Shown piece by piece: positions 9,082-21,002 of a stretch of 64,000 nucleotides of DNA. The translations under genes and the position numbers were made by a program. The notes below the pieces were generated by a model that did no database searches, was not told the DNA's origin, and was given only the letters and a program-made list of their open reading frames with translations. The first letter of the stretch is position 1, and each line of letters opens with the position of its first letter. Origin of the DNA: Thecamonas trahens ATCC 50062 (lineage: Eukaryota; Protista; Apusomonadida); assembly GCF_000142905.1 (NCBI RefSeq), contig NW_013657634.1:240657-304656 (forward strand), given 5' to 3'.

Positions 9082-11985
9082 ATGTATTCGAGGGGAAAGA
9101 GAAGCAAGGGGGGAGGTGGTGGCGGTGGCCGCGGGTCGAGCAGGGGACGGCCGGGCGGGTCGAGCAGGGGACGGCCGGGCGGGTCGAGCAGGGGACGGCC
9201 AACGCAGCGTGGACAAGGAAGAGGCGGATCAAGAGGTCGACCGAGAAGGGCTGCAGTAGGCACGGCAGGAGAGGGTGCAAGGGCGAGTGCCGCGCCGGCG
9301 GGATCGACCGCGAGAGGGCATGCAGTTGTCGGGCCGGACGCTGCCGAGGTGGACAAGTTCCTGAGGTTGTATGCCGAGGCAGGCGGGGAGGTGGTCGGTG
9401 ATGGAAAGGCAGCCGACAACGGCTCAGCACGTATGGTTACAGCCGTGATGGACGATGTCTTTGCCGGGTACTCTGGGAGCGATGTAGGGCTGGAGCGGAC
9501 CAAGCAGCTGGTGGAGGAGGCTTGCGGCGGGAGCCAGAGCTGCCTCGTGTGTCTGGATCTGCTGCTGGCTACAGATCCGGTGTGGCAGTGCGGAACGTGC
9601 TACGCGCTGGTCCACTCGCAATGCATTCTGCAATGGGTCAGCTCGGCACCGCGCAAGGTCAAGCACGCCGACGACGGCTCCGATTTTAACGTCCTCCCGC
9701 TCGAGTGGGCGTGTCCCAAGTGCCGGGCGAGTTACGACAGCGTGCCGGACAAGTACACGTGCTTTTGCGGAGCTGTGGAGAATCCGGCACATGATCCGTG
9801 GATCACGCCGCACACCTGTGGGAGCAAGTGCATCAAGGAGTTGGAGCCGGCATGTGGGCACGCGTGCGTGTTGCAGTGCCACCCAGGCCCGTGCCCACCG
9901 TGCCCGCAGATGGTGGCCACGTCGTGTCACTGTGGCGCGAGCAAGCGGACCCGGCGGTGCAACGCCGGACCGTTCTCCTGCGAGGCGGTGTGCGGCAAGG
10001 CGCTGGCCGGGTGCGGCCATCCATGTGAGCGGGTGTGCCACACGGGGCCATGCCCGCCGTGCGAGGCGGTGGTGGCCGATGCCGCGTGCGTGTGCGGGCG
10101 CGAGCAGATGTTGCGTGCGTGTGCGACGCTTCCGTGGCAATGCGAAGCGGTGTGCGGCGAAGAGCTGAGCTGCGGGCGCCACGCGTGCACCAAGGTCTGT
10201 CACTCGAGCAGCGAGCCGCACTCGGCGTGCCCGGGTGCTGGCGTGCGAACTTGCCCATGCGGCAAGTCGCGACCCACGAGCGAGGCGCTGGCCTGCGATG
10301 AGGCAGTGCCTACCTGCGGCGATACATGCGGCAAGGCACTCGAGTGCGGGCTCCACACCTGCTTTGCGTTCTGCCATGAAGGCCCATGCCCACCGTGCGA
10401 CGAGCTGGTGTCGAAAAAGTGCGAATGTAAGGCGACAGTGGCTGACATGCCGTGCTCGGAACCGTTCCGATGCTCGCGCAAGTGCGCACGGATGCGGTCG
10501 TGCGGGCGGCATGTGTGCAAGGCCAAGTGCTGTCCACCGTCGGTGCCATGCAAGCCGTGCACCCGGACGTGCGAGCGGATGCTGCGGTGCGGGAACCACA
10601 AGTGCGGCGCGCCATGCCATGACGGCCCGTGCTTCCCTTGTCCGCGATCGGTGACTGTCAGCTGCGCATGCGGCGCCGAGCAGGTGTCGTACCCGTGCGG
10701 CTCAGCCGTGGCGCGTGCCCCTTCATGCTCGCGACCGTGCACTAAGCAGCCGCCGTGCCACCACTCTGCCGACGCTACTCACCCTTGCCACCCCGGGCCG
10801 TGCCCGCCATGTACCCAGCCGTGCGGGAGTGGCTCTAGCTGCGGACACGAGTGCTCGGCACCGTGCCACCATCCTGCGACCATCCAGGCCTGGGAAGTAC
10901 ACGTCGACACGCTTCGAGCCGAGCTTCGACGCGACGCTGCTGCCGCGGCCGAGGTCGACGAGCGGCTCCTGGGCACGCTCGACGTGCCAGCCGAGTACAT
11001 GGCGCAGGTTCCGGTGTCTCCCGCTTGTCCGCCGTGCTCAGCGCGGGTAATGCGCGGGTGCGTCGGCGGGCATGTGGCAACCGAGGTGGCATGCTCGGCG
11101 CCGCCGGTGGCATGCGCCAACGAGTGCGGCGCTGAGCTGCGTTGCGGCCATCACACTTGCACCCAGCCGTGTCATCCTGTGGCGATCGCGAGCGACCGGC
11201 TGGACCACGGGATGGCCGAAAGCCGCGTCGCGCCGCAGGAGTGCCCACCGTGCACCGCAGCTTGCGAGGCTCGGCGGAGGTGCGGCCACCCGCACGTCGA
11301 CGCCTGTCACCGCGGCGAGTGTCCACCGTGCGAGGTTTACGTGCAGGCCGAGTGTTTTTGCGGCGGACGGGTGGTGGTGATGTGCGGCGACCGCGAGAGC
11401 CCGAGCACAGCATTGAGCTGCGGACAGGCGTGCGAGCGGCTGCGCGACGGGTGCGGTCATCTCTGCTCGCGGGTGTGTCATCCGGGCGAATGCAATGACG
11501 TGGCGTGTGAGGGTCTGGTCGTGGTGCGGTGCCGTTGTGGGGCGACCAAGGCGAGCGTGAGGTGCGGCGAGGTTCCTCAGGCACCGACGTGCGGTGAAGA
11601 GTGCCGCGCAGTGGCGGAGCGCGCAGAAACAGCACGCAAGGCCGCGGTGGCCCAGGTACTGACAGAGCGCGCCGCGGAGCGCGCGGCGCGCGCAACTGCC
11701 AAGGCCGAGGCCAAGGCCAGGGCACGGGCGGCGGCGAAAGCCCGGCGGACGCAGGAGAAGCGCGAGGCCGAGGCGCGGGCAGCCAAGGCGGCCAAGGCCG
11801 AGCCGCGGGTCAACTCGGCTGTCTCGTCTGTGCAGCGGCGGTACCAGGGCGAGAATCCGTTTGCTGGGGGAAAGAAGAGCCTTGGCCTCGACAAGGTGTG
11901 CAACGCGAAGGTCGGTGCAGTGGCTGCCGCTGTCCTCGGCATTGTCATCATGGTGTGGCTAGCCGCAACGACGGAGCGGAAGTAA
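9082..11985 (+). CDS. NFXL1: NF-X1-type zinc finger protein NFXL1 (RING/PHD, many NF-X1 fingers, coiled coil, C-terminal TM helix)
   Basis: CLVCLDLL..VWQCGTCYALVHSQCILQW..WACPKCR; more than 10 CGHxCxxxCHxGPCPPC repeats; hydrophobic C-terminus; no R3H domain, so NFXL1 rather than NFX1. Confidence 0.9.
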   Translation: MYSRGKRSKGGGGGGGRGSSRGRPGGSSRGRPGGSSRGRPTQRGQGRGGSRGRPRRAAVGTAGEGARASAAPAGSTARGHAVVGPDAAEVDKFLRLYAEAGGEVVGDGKAADNGSARMVTAVMDDVFAGYSGSDVGLERTKQLVEEACGGSQSCLVCLDLLLATDPVWQCGTCYALVHSQCILQWVSSAPRKVKHADDGSDFNVLPLEWACPKCRASYDSVPDKYTCFCGAVENPAHDPWITPHTCGSKCIKELEPACGHACVLQCHPGPCPPCPQMVATSCHCGASKRTRRCNAGPFSCEAVCGKALAGCGHPCERVCHTGPCPPCEAVVADAACVCGREQMLRACATLPWQCEAVCGEELSCGRHACTKVCHSSSEPHSACPGAGVRTCPCGKSRPTSEALACDEAVPTCGDTCGKALECGLHTCFAFCHEGPCPPCDELVSKKCECKATVADMPCSEPFRCSRKCARMRSCGRHVCKAKCCPPSVPCKPCTRTCERMLRCGNHKCGAPCHDGPCFPCPRSVTVSCACGAEQVSYPCGSAVARAPSCSRPCTKQPPCHHSADATHPCHPGPCPPCTQPCGSGSSCGHECSAPCHHPATIQAWEVHVDTLRAELRRDAAAAAEVDERLLGTLDVPAEYMAQVPVSPACPPCSARVMRGCVGGHVATEVACSAPPVACANECGAELRCGHHTCTQPCHPVAIASDRLDHGMAESRVAPQECPPCTAACEARRRCGHPHVDACHRGECPPCEVYVQAECFCGGRVVVMCGDRESPSTALSCGQACERLRDGCGHLCSRVCHPGECNDVACEGLVVVRCRCGATKASVRCGEVPQAPTCGEECRAVAERAETARKAAVAQVLTERAAERAARATAKAEAKARARAAAKARRTQEKREAEARAAKAAKAEPRVNSAVSSVQRRYQGENPFAGGKKSLGLDKVCNAKVGAVAAAVLGIVIMVWLAATTERK

Positions 11986-13242
11986 ACGGCTGCACAAAGG
12001 CGACAGCGTCAATTAGCGCAATGAGATCAGGCGCCGAGGCTGCAAGCGTGTACACGTGCTCCATCGGCCACTTGACGCCGCCCGTGACGAGTGCAAAGAG
12101 CGCCGAGGCAAAGTCGACAAGGACAGGCGGCGGACGAGCGGGCGAGCGATCGAGGACGCTGGTGAGGCGACGAAGGACACGGGTGGCGGTGACAACGCGA
12201 ATCAAGTCAGCGTTGGAGAGCGAGGCCGGATTGGCGGGCGGAGGGCCGAGGAGGCCGGTCATGACGAGCGAGACGTGGGCGAGCGCGGGTGCGCCGCCGG
12301 CGGCGGCGATGGCGGCGGCGTAGGTGATCCCGATGTGGATGCCGTGCGGGTCGTTGTCGGTCCAGAGCGCGACACGGACGCCGCGGCAGGCCAGCGCGGC
12401 GACAAGCCGTGCAGTGGCGCGGTCGGGAAAGCCCTTGCCGGTGCAGAGGGCGAGGCCGGGGGCGGCAGCGACATGGGCCGGGAGCGCCGACGCGAGGCGA
12501 TGGAAGACCGCCTCCTTCTCTACCACCAGGAGGCGGGTGGCAGGCCCGGCAGTAGGCCCGGCAGTAAAGATGGGCGCAAGGCCGAGCGCTGGCGGAACAG
12601 CGGCGATGGCCGACGACGAGACCGCTAGCCGTGACGGCGCGGGCGAGGTCCAGTCGGTGTCGAGGACAAGCGGGCCGACGACGAGACCGCGGGCGGCTGG
12701 CAGGATGTGGAGCATGTGCGTCGGCTTGGCCAGCCATGCAGCAGCAGCGTCGACGGCCGCATTGGAGACAGACTGCGAGGCAAAGTAGTGCGGGGCGAGC
12801 GAGCGCTGCGCGTAGTACACGCCGCGGAGCGTGAGCCAGCTGGCCGGGACAAGGCCTGCGGTGTAGGCGTGGGCGAGGACGAGCCAGACCCGGACAAAGA
12901 GGGCTGGCGCCGAGCCGAGCGTGCGGACGCGCCCGGTCGAGAGCTGCTGAGTGGGAGGTGCAGACGAGGCAAGGGCGGTTAGGAGGGCCAGGACCCGGTG
13001 TTCGATCTGGGCGAGGGTCTGGGCATGGGGTGGGTGGGGGAGGATTGGGTGAGGTGGTGGCGGCGATGGTGATCGCCTTCGCGATCGCGATCAGGTGCGC
13101 TCCGGTTTTCGCCGTTGTGCAGGAAAAGGCCGTGCGGGCGGGCGGGCGAGTGATGGTGTCAGGGGGAACGGGGGCGTACATGGAGATGGAGGATGCCTGG
13201 CGAGGGGCGAGAGGGGGAGATGCGTGACGCAAGGGTGGCCAT
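11948..13242 (-). CDS. SPO11: Spo11/topoisomerase VI-A family protein (2 exons; intron 13019-13179)
   Basis: Catalytic Tyr motif TLRGVYY, FASQSVSNAAV, ARGLVVG, and TOPRIM motifs LLVVEKEAVFHRL, TGKGFPDRAT, WTDNDPHGIHI. A GTACGC..CCCAG phase-0 intron joins MATLASRISPSRPSPGILHLH to TLAQIEHRV. Confidence 0.9.
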
Positions 13243-13389
13243 TTCTGCAGAGTGTGTAGGGGAGGGAGGGAGGGCAAGAGCAAGGGCGATGGTGGTGGTG
13301 GGCGGCGGGTGGAGGTGGGTGCAGGTGCAGACATGCGAGAGTGGCATGGCTGAGGGGAGTGGCGTTTGCTGCCACAACAGGCGCCTCGA

Positions 13390-14828
13390 TCAGGCCTTGC
13401 GGATCTTGAGCGACGACTCGCGGCGGGTGTAGGACGAGGTGTACGAGGCGTAGGAAAAGGTGGAGCGCGGGGCCGAGTAGACGTACGAGGCTGTAGAGCC
13501 TGTGGCGTAGGATCGCGACTCGCCCTCGAGCTTGCGGACCATGGCGGAGCGGGAGGAGAGCGGCGGCTTTCCCGGCGGCGGCGGCGGCTGGTTGTTGAAG
13601 ATGTCAAAGGCGTCTTCGGACGATGGCGGCGGCGGGATGACGACCGATGGGCCAAACGGCGAGTCGTCGAGGACTGAGTCAAAGTCAAGGACGGCGGCAT
13701 GTGGGATGGCCGACGCTGACGCTAGCCGCGGCGCGGAAACGACAGGCACAAAGGTCGAGTCGTCGTCGACAATAATGTCAGAGTCATCAGGCTCGACCGG
13801 GGCCGGCGGCGGAGAAGGTGACGGCGACGGCGATGGCGACGGCGACGGCGAGGGAGACGAAGGGATGTCAGTGGTGTGGTCGGTGGGCGGATCGGGGAAG
13901 GCCTGCGCATGGGCGGGTGTTGCTGCGGACGCTGCGGCGACCGAGGTGGTAGCGTCAGCGACTGGAGTGGCGGGCGGCGACGGCTCGGCGGGAGTGAGGT
14001 CTTCGATGTAAACGGTGTCATTGCCAAAAGTGTCAAGGATGGCGTTGATGACGGAGAAGAGAACCTCCTTGTCGCCTGTGATTTCCTCAACGTAGCAGTC
14101 GTTGGTGACAAGGAGTTGATGGACAGGGGCGATGCCAAAGATGTCGGCGACGCGGGCGCGCAGGTCGGCGACAGTAGCCGATGCCTGCGGCAGGTAAATG
14201 TGGAACGGATCTCCAAACGAGTCGGCGTCGGCGTCGTACTTGATGAGCCGGACGAGGGCGTGCTTTTCGGGTCGGAACTGGTACTCGATGCGAGTCTTGG
14301 GCAGCGGCGGCGGGAGGACCTTGTCGGGCGAGGCCGGCTTGGGCGGCGGCGTTGGCGGCGAGCTGCTTTCTTCGCCGACCAAGTCGCGGTCGATGTTGGC
14401 GATGAGGAGGTCAATCGAGTCAATCGCGTCGCCCGACGCGGGAGTAACAGCTGCGACACCAGTCGGCAACAGCAGCGGCTTGTCCGGCACCTCGATTTCG
14501 ACCGGCTCGGCGAGTTCGAGTACAATCGAGGTGTCACCCGAGGTGATCGAAGTCGAGGCGAGCGTGGCGCCAGGGTACGAGGCAAAGACTGCTTCGAGCG
14601 AGTGGTAGTAGGTCGAGTAGCCACGGAGCCGAATCTTGGCTGGGGAGATGTGTGGGGTGATGGTGGAGAGGTTGAGGGAGGACGGTTTCGACTTGGGCTC
14701 GGACTCGGGCTCGGGCTTGAGCTCGGGCTTGGACTCGGGCTTGGGCTCGGGCTCGGGCTCGGACTCGGGCTCGGGCTCGGACTCGGGCTCGGGCTCGGAC
14801 TCGGGCTCGGACTCGGGCTTGGGCTCTA

Positions 14829-14862
<34 letters not shown>

Positions 14863-17679
14863 AACTTTGGCCTTGAGTGCCTTCCACAGCTCCATCTTGA
14901 CGTCGTCGACAAGGTCGGTGCCGGCAAAGGTGCGACGAATCTCGAGGGCGGAGTAGCCCTCAAAGTAGTGGACGACAAGGTTGTAGGGTGGTGGACCGGA
15001 GGTGTCGTCGTCGCTAGCGTCAGCAATAGGGCGATAGCCGAGGCGCGAGGCGGAGGAGAGCGAGTAAGAGGCAAGGCGCGTGGCTGCGTCAGAAGCCTGG
15101 CGATCCTTGAACATCTGCATGGCCTGCTCGACGTGCTCGGGCACGCCATCGACAAACGGCACATTGCGGTCCGGGTCGATGCGGCGGTACATGAGCATGT
15201 ACGCGTTGGTTCCGGAAGACCAGAGCGACGAGTAGCCGTACGCCGACTGCGGCTCTGACTTGGAGCCGTACGACGAGACAATCTCGCGCTCGGAGACTTC
15301 AGACACGGTCGAGTCGTTAAAGTCGTACCACTTGGCCGAGTCGAGCGACTTGATGTAGGCGTAGTAGTGGCCACCGGTCGAGCCGCCCGAGTGGATGAGA
15401 ATGGCAAAGAGCTCGTACATCAGCTCCTTGCCCTCGCGCTCAGCCTCGGTAGGCCCGCGGTAGATACCCGAGTCGTCGATGTTGTGAACGATGCGGGCCG
15501 AGCGCGGGGTTGCCGAGCTGGCTATCGCGTCGCTGTCGTGGCCGTCGGCACCATCAGCGGATGCCTCTGAGCTTCCGTCTGCGTCCTCCTCGGCGGCAGC
15601 GGCGGCAATCTCGGCCTCGAGACGCGCCTTGTCGGCCTCCTTGTCGCGAATGAGCTTCTCGTAAGTGAGCTTGAGCGACGACTGTGAGTACATGGTGAGC
15701 ATGCGCTTGTAGTTTGCGATCGAGGTGTTGATGGTGCGGAGGCGCGACTCGGGCGAAGAGTAGGCGTACGGCGAGCGATAGGCGGCAGCGCGGCGCTTGG
15801 GCTTGTCCTTAAAGGTGCGGACAAGTGATTCGTCGACAGCAGCGTCGAGGACGCTCATGTACGGCTCGAGGTCGAGGTACATGGGAAACGAGACAAACGA
15901 GTTGAGCTTGATGCGGCGCATGGTGGAGTAGTCGTAGGTGAACCGTTTGAGCTGGATGGTGAGTAGGTACGGCATCTCGAGGAACGAGAGGCCCTTGAGG
16001 GCGTCGACTTTCTGGTTGCAGCCCGAGCACGAGTACTGGTTGTCGCCCGAGAGCAGTTCGGGGAGGATGAACTTGGCAAAGGCTTCCTCGACCGAGTCGA
16101 CCTCGTCCGAGACCTCGAGCGAGACATCGAGAAAGTCGTCGACGCGTGATGACTCGTGGCCGCACGCCTTGCACTTGACGTAGTCTTTCATCTTTCCCTG
16201 ATACAGCTCGTTGACGACGTCTTTCTGCGGCGTGCCCTTGAGCACGTGCTCGAGTGCATCAAAGAGAACCCGGCAGAGCTCCTGTACATCGTGCTGGGTG
16301 AACGCGTCCATGCCTGTCCAGCCAAAGGAGGATGTGAGCTGGGTCGTCGACGCGGCACGCGCGTCTTTGGACTGCAGCTCGCGGAAGAGGAGCTGCAGCT
16401 GGAGCGGGATGCACTCGGCCGGCGGGCCGTCCTTCTCCTCGTCGTACTTCCACGAGTAGATGGCGAGTCGAAACTCGGGCGTCATGTACAGCGACTGGAT
16501 GAGCGAGTTGAGGTAGCATGTTGCGCCCTGGTTGTGCAGGCCGACCATGGCGTCCTCGTTGCCGTAGCTGTAGCTTGTCCGCGCCGAGTACGCCGAGCCG
16601 ACACCGGCGCTTCGCACCGCGTTTGACATGGCCACGTTCCCGCGGTACCGCATGCCGGTCGAGCCCGGGATCGCCGAGTCGAGCAGGCCCTGGGCCGACG
16701 CCGGATCGTCGTCCCAGCCATCACTGGCCTCTTCATCCGACACCTTGGCCTTGCCAAACGCGGCGTTGTGCGTCCAGACTGGTGATGGCAGGACCGGCGA
16801 GTCTCTGCCGTCGGTCGACTCGGCGTCCGACTCGGCGCGGGCAGTTGTCGCGGGGAGATCACTGTGCGGAGGCACGCGGCCGGCGCCACGGGCCCAGGCC
16901 ACAAAGTCATCAAAGAGAATGGGCCAGCAGTGAGCGGGAGCAAAGTTGGAGAGATCGGCGTGAACCGAAGCGAGAAAGTCAGGCACCAGAGCATACGACT
17001 CTTCAGCGACCAAGCCCGAGACATGGACGCTCTCCACGTACTCTGCCAACAGATCGACAACCTTTGGCGCAAAGGCCCTCAGAACGAGCTTCCAAACATG
17101 AGCCACTTGTTTGCCCGGGCGCGACCTCGCCCGAGCAGTCGGGTTCTCCAGACCGACTTGGAACAGTCCACGGTAGAACTGGCGAAACTCTACAACCGTG
17201 CGTATGAATGTGTATGTGTGCATGTGTGTATGTGTGTGTGTGTGTGTGTGTGTGGTGAGTGCGAGTGANNNNNNNNNNNNNNNNNNNNNNNNNNNNNNNN
17301 NNNNNNNNNNNNNNNNNNNNNNNNNNNNNNNNNNNNNNNNNNNNNNNNNNNNNNNNNNNNNNNNNNNNNNNNNNNNNNNNNNNNNNNNNNNNNNNNNNNN
17401 NNNNNNNNNNNNNNNNNNNNNNNNNNNNNNNNNNNNNNNNNNNNNNNNNNNNNNNNNNNNNNNNNNNNNNNNNNNNNNNNNNNNNNNNNNNNNNNNNNNN
17501 NNNNNNNNNNNNNNNNGGTGGGGGGAAGGGGGGAAATGGAAGCAGGGGGAACGGGGGGGAAGGGGTGGGGGGGGGGGCGGCGTACCTGGGTTGGACAGCT
17601 TGAACTCGTCGTCGTCGATGGAAGCTACAAACTCTTTGAGGTCAGCCTCCACTATGGACAGGTACTGATCACTGGCCAT
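13390..17679 (-). CDS. USP47: Ubiquitin carboxyl-terminal hydrolase, USP47-like (intron 17190-17585 spans an N-gap)
   Basis: Cys box [42 protein letters not shown], His box [30 protein letters not shown], downstream Ubl-like regions, and C-terminal RRESSLKI resembling the USP47 tail. Confidence 0.85.
14689..14862 (-). repeat. Coding hexamer repeat, (PE/SE/PK)n linker in USP47
   Basis: (gggctc/ggactc)n on the + strand. Confidence 0.9.
17269..17516. other. Assembly gap (N run); others at 26339-26438, 27562-27661 and 53717-53896
   Basis: N runs, each adjacent to G-rich homopolymer or GT microsatellite sequence. Confidence 1.
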
Positions 17680-18300
17680 GGTGGGATGTGTGGAGGGTGT
17701 GGGAGGGTGTGGTGGGTGGTGGGTGGTGGGTGGTGGGTGGTGGGGTGGGGTGGCGACAGGTGTGGTCGAGGGGGGAGAGGGAGAGGGAGTGGGAGGAGGG
17801 GTGGACGGTGTGAGGTTTGGTGTTCAAAGCCGGAAAGGGAGATCGGGTCGGAGATAGATGGGTGCGCAAGGTGATTGAGATGTTGGCTGGCTGTGGGTAG
17901 GACGGTGCATGTATTTGCGTGCTTGTGTGAAGGGGTATGTGGAGTGGAAGGTGGAGTGTGAGTGCGCGGTGTGGAGGGAGGGAGAGTGAGGACACGATGG
18001 CGATCGGGGGAAGCGTGACGAGAGATTGATACCGAGTGGGCATCGGTTGAGCGTGAGAAGAGCTTGTGCGAGCTGGTGGTAACGGTGGCGGCGGGAGAGG
18101 TGACAGGGCTGGTGATGGGGCTGCTGCTGGTTGTTGGGGGCACTTGGGGCGGATGAGAGCCAGACGGCGCGTCACTCGCGCCACCACCGCCACGGTCGGC
18201 ACCAGCATAGCTCCCGGCGACGACCACGGCAACGAGACCAGCCACAACCACACCTCTCGCACCGCCACTGTACTACATTGCCGCTGAGTGAGACTCGGGT

Positions 18301-19065
18301 ATGTTTCGTCGCGCTTTCGGCTGGTACGCCGGCATGCTCGAGAGCCGCCCGCTGGTGACCAAGGGCGTGACGTCGGCGGCACTCATGGGCGCCGGCGATG
18401 TGTTTGCGCAGAAGGGTACGGGCAAGGCAGAGAGAGAGAGAGAGAGAAACATATGCATGGTAGTGGCTCGTCGACTCACATGCAGGGATGCAGTGGTGGA
18501 GGGCAACGATGAGCTGCATCTGAGGCGGACCGGATCGTTTGTGTTCTTCGGATCAGTCCTCGGGCCGATGCTCCATCCGTGGTTCGGGTTTCTCGGCAAC
18601 ATCGCAGCTAGGGTGGGCGGAGGAATGAAGGGCACAGTGGCTGCGGTGGCGGTGGATCAGGCGGTCATGCCGCCGGCGCTGATCACGCTGTTCTGGTTGA
18701 CGCAGCCGGTGCTCGAGGGCAAGTCGTTCGACACCGCGCTCGAGCTGATGAACGAAAACTGGCTCGTCATGCTCAAGGGCAATTACGTAGTGTGGCCGGC
18801 GGCGCAGGCCATCAACTTTACCTTTGTCCCACCCCAGTTCCGGGTCCTCTTTGTCAACATGGTCTCACTCGGCTGGAACTCGTTTGTCTCATGGCTCTCG
18901 CACCGCGCCCCGCACGACGACGCCGGCCACGTCGCCATCGGCGACGGCGTGCTCCCAAACGTCGCATCAGTGGCCATCGAGGGCAACCCCGAGGTCATGG
19001 CCGAGGCCATCGATCCGCTTGCGTCCGGAACTGCGGCCGGAGGCGAGGATGACGACGCAGCCTAG
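18301..19065 (+). CDS. Mpv17/PMP22 family membrane protein (intron 18416-18493)
   Basis: WYAGMLESRPLVTKGVTSAALMGAGDVFAQ, RRTGSF, VAVDQ, NYVVWPAAQAINFTFVPPQFRVLFVNMVSLGWNSFVS. Confidence 0.92.
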   Translation: MFRRAFGWYAGMLESRPLVTKGVTSAALMGAGDVFAQKGTGKAERERERNICMVVARRLTCRDAVVEGNDELHLRRTGSFVFFGSVLGPMLHPWFGFLGNIAARVGGGMKGTVAAVAVDQAVMPPALITLFWLTQPVLEGKSFDTALELMNENWLVMLKGNYVVWPAAQAINFTFVPPQFRVLFVNMVSLGWNSFVSWLSHRAPHDDAGHVAIGDGVLPNVASVAIEGNPEVMAEAIDPLASGTAAGGEDDDAA

Positions 19066-19356
19066 CTGGGTCCCGAAAGAGAGTGTGATCGGCACTGGCG
19101 GACTCAACCTTCATCACATGGCATGTCAGGACTACGGATGGCCCCCGCAGCCGTGTCGTAGCCATGTTGTAGTCGTGTTGCAGCCGTGGCTTTGGCTGCC
19201 GAGGTGTTTGGAACGAAATAGAAAATTGGCAGAGTGCCGGCAGAAGAAGCAGTCGTCCGTCACAAAAGGCCAACGGTCTCTGTGCCGCCCAACCTGCCAG
19301 CCTCACTCCCGTATTAGGGCCTGTACCTCTCTACCAGTAACATAGAAGAGCCAGTC

Positions 19357-20799
19357 ATGCCGCGGGGCCAAGTGCTGAACCTGGGAACATTCCTTGCTGC
19401 TGCGCCACCAAGCGGCGTCGACGACGAGCTGGCGCTGGTACTGGCACTGTCTGCCTCTGAGGCTGCCGAGGCTGGGCTCGACGTGCCTGACAACCTGGTT
19501 GCGTGCGAGGCCGAGACAGTCGAGGGCGTGGCCGAGGCAGCAGAGTGCGTAGGCGAGGAGTCAGAGGGCGAAGATGGCAGCGATGAGGTACATGACTACG
19601 GCGATGGCAAGTACGCCGAGTGGGAGGCACTGGAGCGATGGAACGGGCGGCGGCGGCGGGGCAAGCTCGCCCGCGGTTACAGCGGGAGAATCGCGCCGCG
19701 GCTGCTAGGCGGCGTCTCGCTAGGGAACGAGGGCATCGGGTCCCAGATTCTTAATACCGAGGGCTCGACCAGTGACCAGGACTTGCAGTGGGCCGACTCG
19801 AAGGAGGAGGCTGCCGAGGGAAGGATTGAGCTGCGCAAGGCGCTGCGGGAGATGGCGGCAGCGGCAGCGCATGCCAACAGTCGTGACTCGCTGGAAAGCG
19901 TCATTGTGGAGGAGGCCAAGCACAAGGACGACCCGGTTTCCGACTCGGCAATTCGAATGCTGCGGAAGGCAGTGCTGCACCGGGTGATGACCTCGAGCGC
20001 CAAGGTGGTGCACGTCAAAGAGACGCCAATCTCAAGGGCGGCGTTTCGCAAGTTTATTCTCAACCTCAAGACAACGAACACGGTCCGGTTTGCGTGGCAT
20101 GGTACAAACCCAAATAACCTGCAGAGCATCTACGACAAGGGGCTGTGCATGGGCGGGACCCGCGGCGTGAGGGTCGCTCATGGCCGTGCGCACGGCAAAG
20201 GCGTGTACATGGGCTCGCGCGCGGAGATCTCCATGGCCTATGCGCCAAGATATCAGCGCGATGGACGGCTGACATGCATGCTACTGGCGTGCGCGGTGGT
20301 GCCCTCGAACCTCTCGTTTCTTGCGCACAATGGGTTCCTCATTTCGCGCGAGCATGACCATGTGCTCCCTGTGTACGAGGTTGAGCTCATGTGCAACTCC
20401 ACAGCCTCGCCGTTTCCTACCGTGTACGAGACGTCCGTGCGGTACAAGCCGCGGCATGCTGGGACGCCGTACTACCCCGCGCTCGCCATGCACACCAAGG
20501 TGCGGGCGATCAAAATCCGGAAGAAGGACGAAGCGCTTGCGCGCGAGCGGAGGAGCGAGCGGGCAGTGGCGGCAACGCTCAACGCGAAGCTTCCGTCACC
20601 CACAGCCTTTCTCCGCTCACCAGTGCGCGGAGCGGTGATGTCCGCCGTCTCACCGGCGGGCGACTATGGCCGCGGGCCTGCGTTTGGCCTTGTGGCGCCG
20701 CCACCGACCGCGCCGCCGCCATCATCGACCGACGTTGTGACAATTGTCGAGTCTGACCATGTCTCTGTCGAGTATGTTGGGTTTGGCATGGCGGAGTAA
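19357..20799 (+). CDS. PARP-family (ARTD) catalytic domain protein with an N-terminal ubiquitin-interacting motif
   Basis: FAWHGT..NLQSIYDKGL..HGRAHGKGVYMG..ISMAYA..MLLACAV..HVLPVYEV; UIM-like VDDELALVLALSASEA. Confidence 0.8.
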   Translation: MPRGQVLNLGTFLAAAPPSGVDDELALVLALSASEAAEAGLDVPDNLVACEAETVEGVAEAAECVGEESEGEDGSDEVHDYGDGKYAEWEALERWNGRRRRGKLARGYSGRIAPRLLGGVSLGNEGIGSQILNTEGSTSDQDLQWADSKEEAAEGRIELRKALREMAAAAAHANSRDSLESVIVEEAKHKDDPVSDSAIRMLRKAVLHRVMTSSAKVVHVKETPISRAAFRKFILNLKTTNTVRFAWHGTNPNNLQSIYDKGLCMGGTRGVRVAHGRAHGKGVYMGSRAEISMAYAPRYQRDGRLTCMLLACAVVPSNLSFLAHNGFLISREHDHVLPVYEVELMCNSTASPFPTVYETSVRYKPRHAGTPYYPALAMHTKVRAIKIRKKDEALARERRSERAVAATLNAKLPSPTAFLRSPVRGAVMSAVSPAGDYGRGPAFGLVAPPPTAPPPSSTDVVTIVESDHVSVEYVGFGMAE

Positions 20800-21002
20800 A
20801 CACGATGTGAGGGTGTGATTGTGCGCAGGCTTGGCGTTGTGTCTGTGTGTTCGTTTGGTTGGTTTGTTCGTTTGTTCGTTGGCGGGCGCGGCGGTTCCCA
20901 GTCGGTTCGCAGCCATTCCGTGTTTGCGGCGAGTCAGCGGGAGCAGAGGGAACAGCCACCAGTGCAGTACATAGTGCAGTACACTGCGCTTGCCGAGGAG
21001 GA

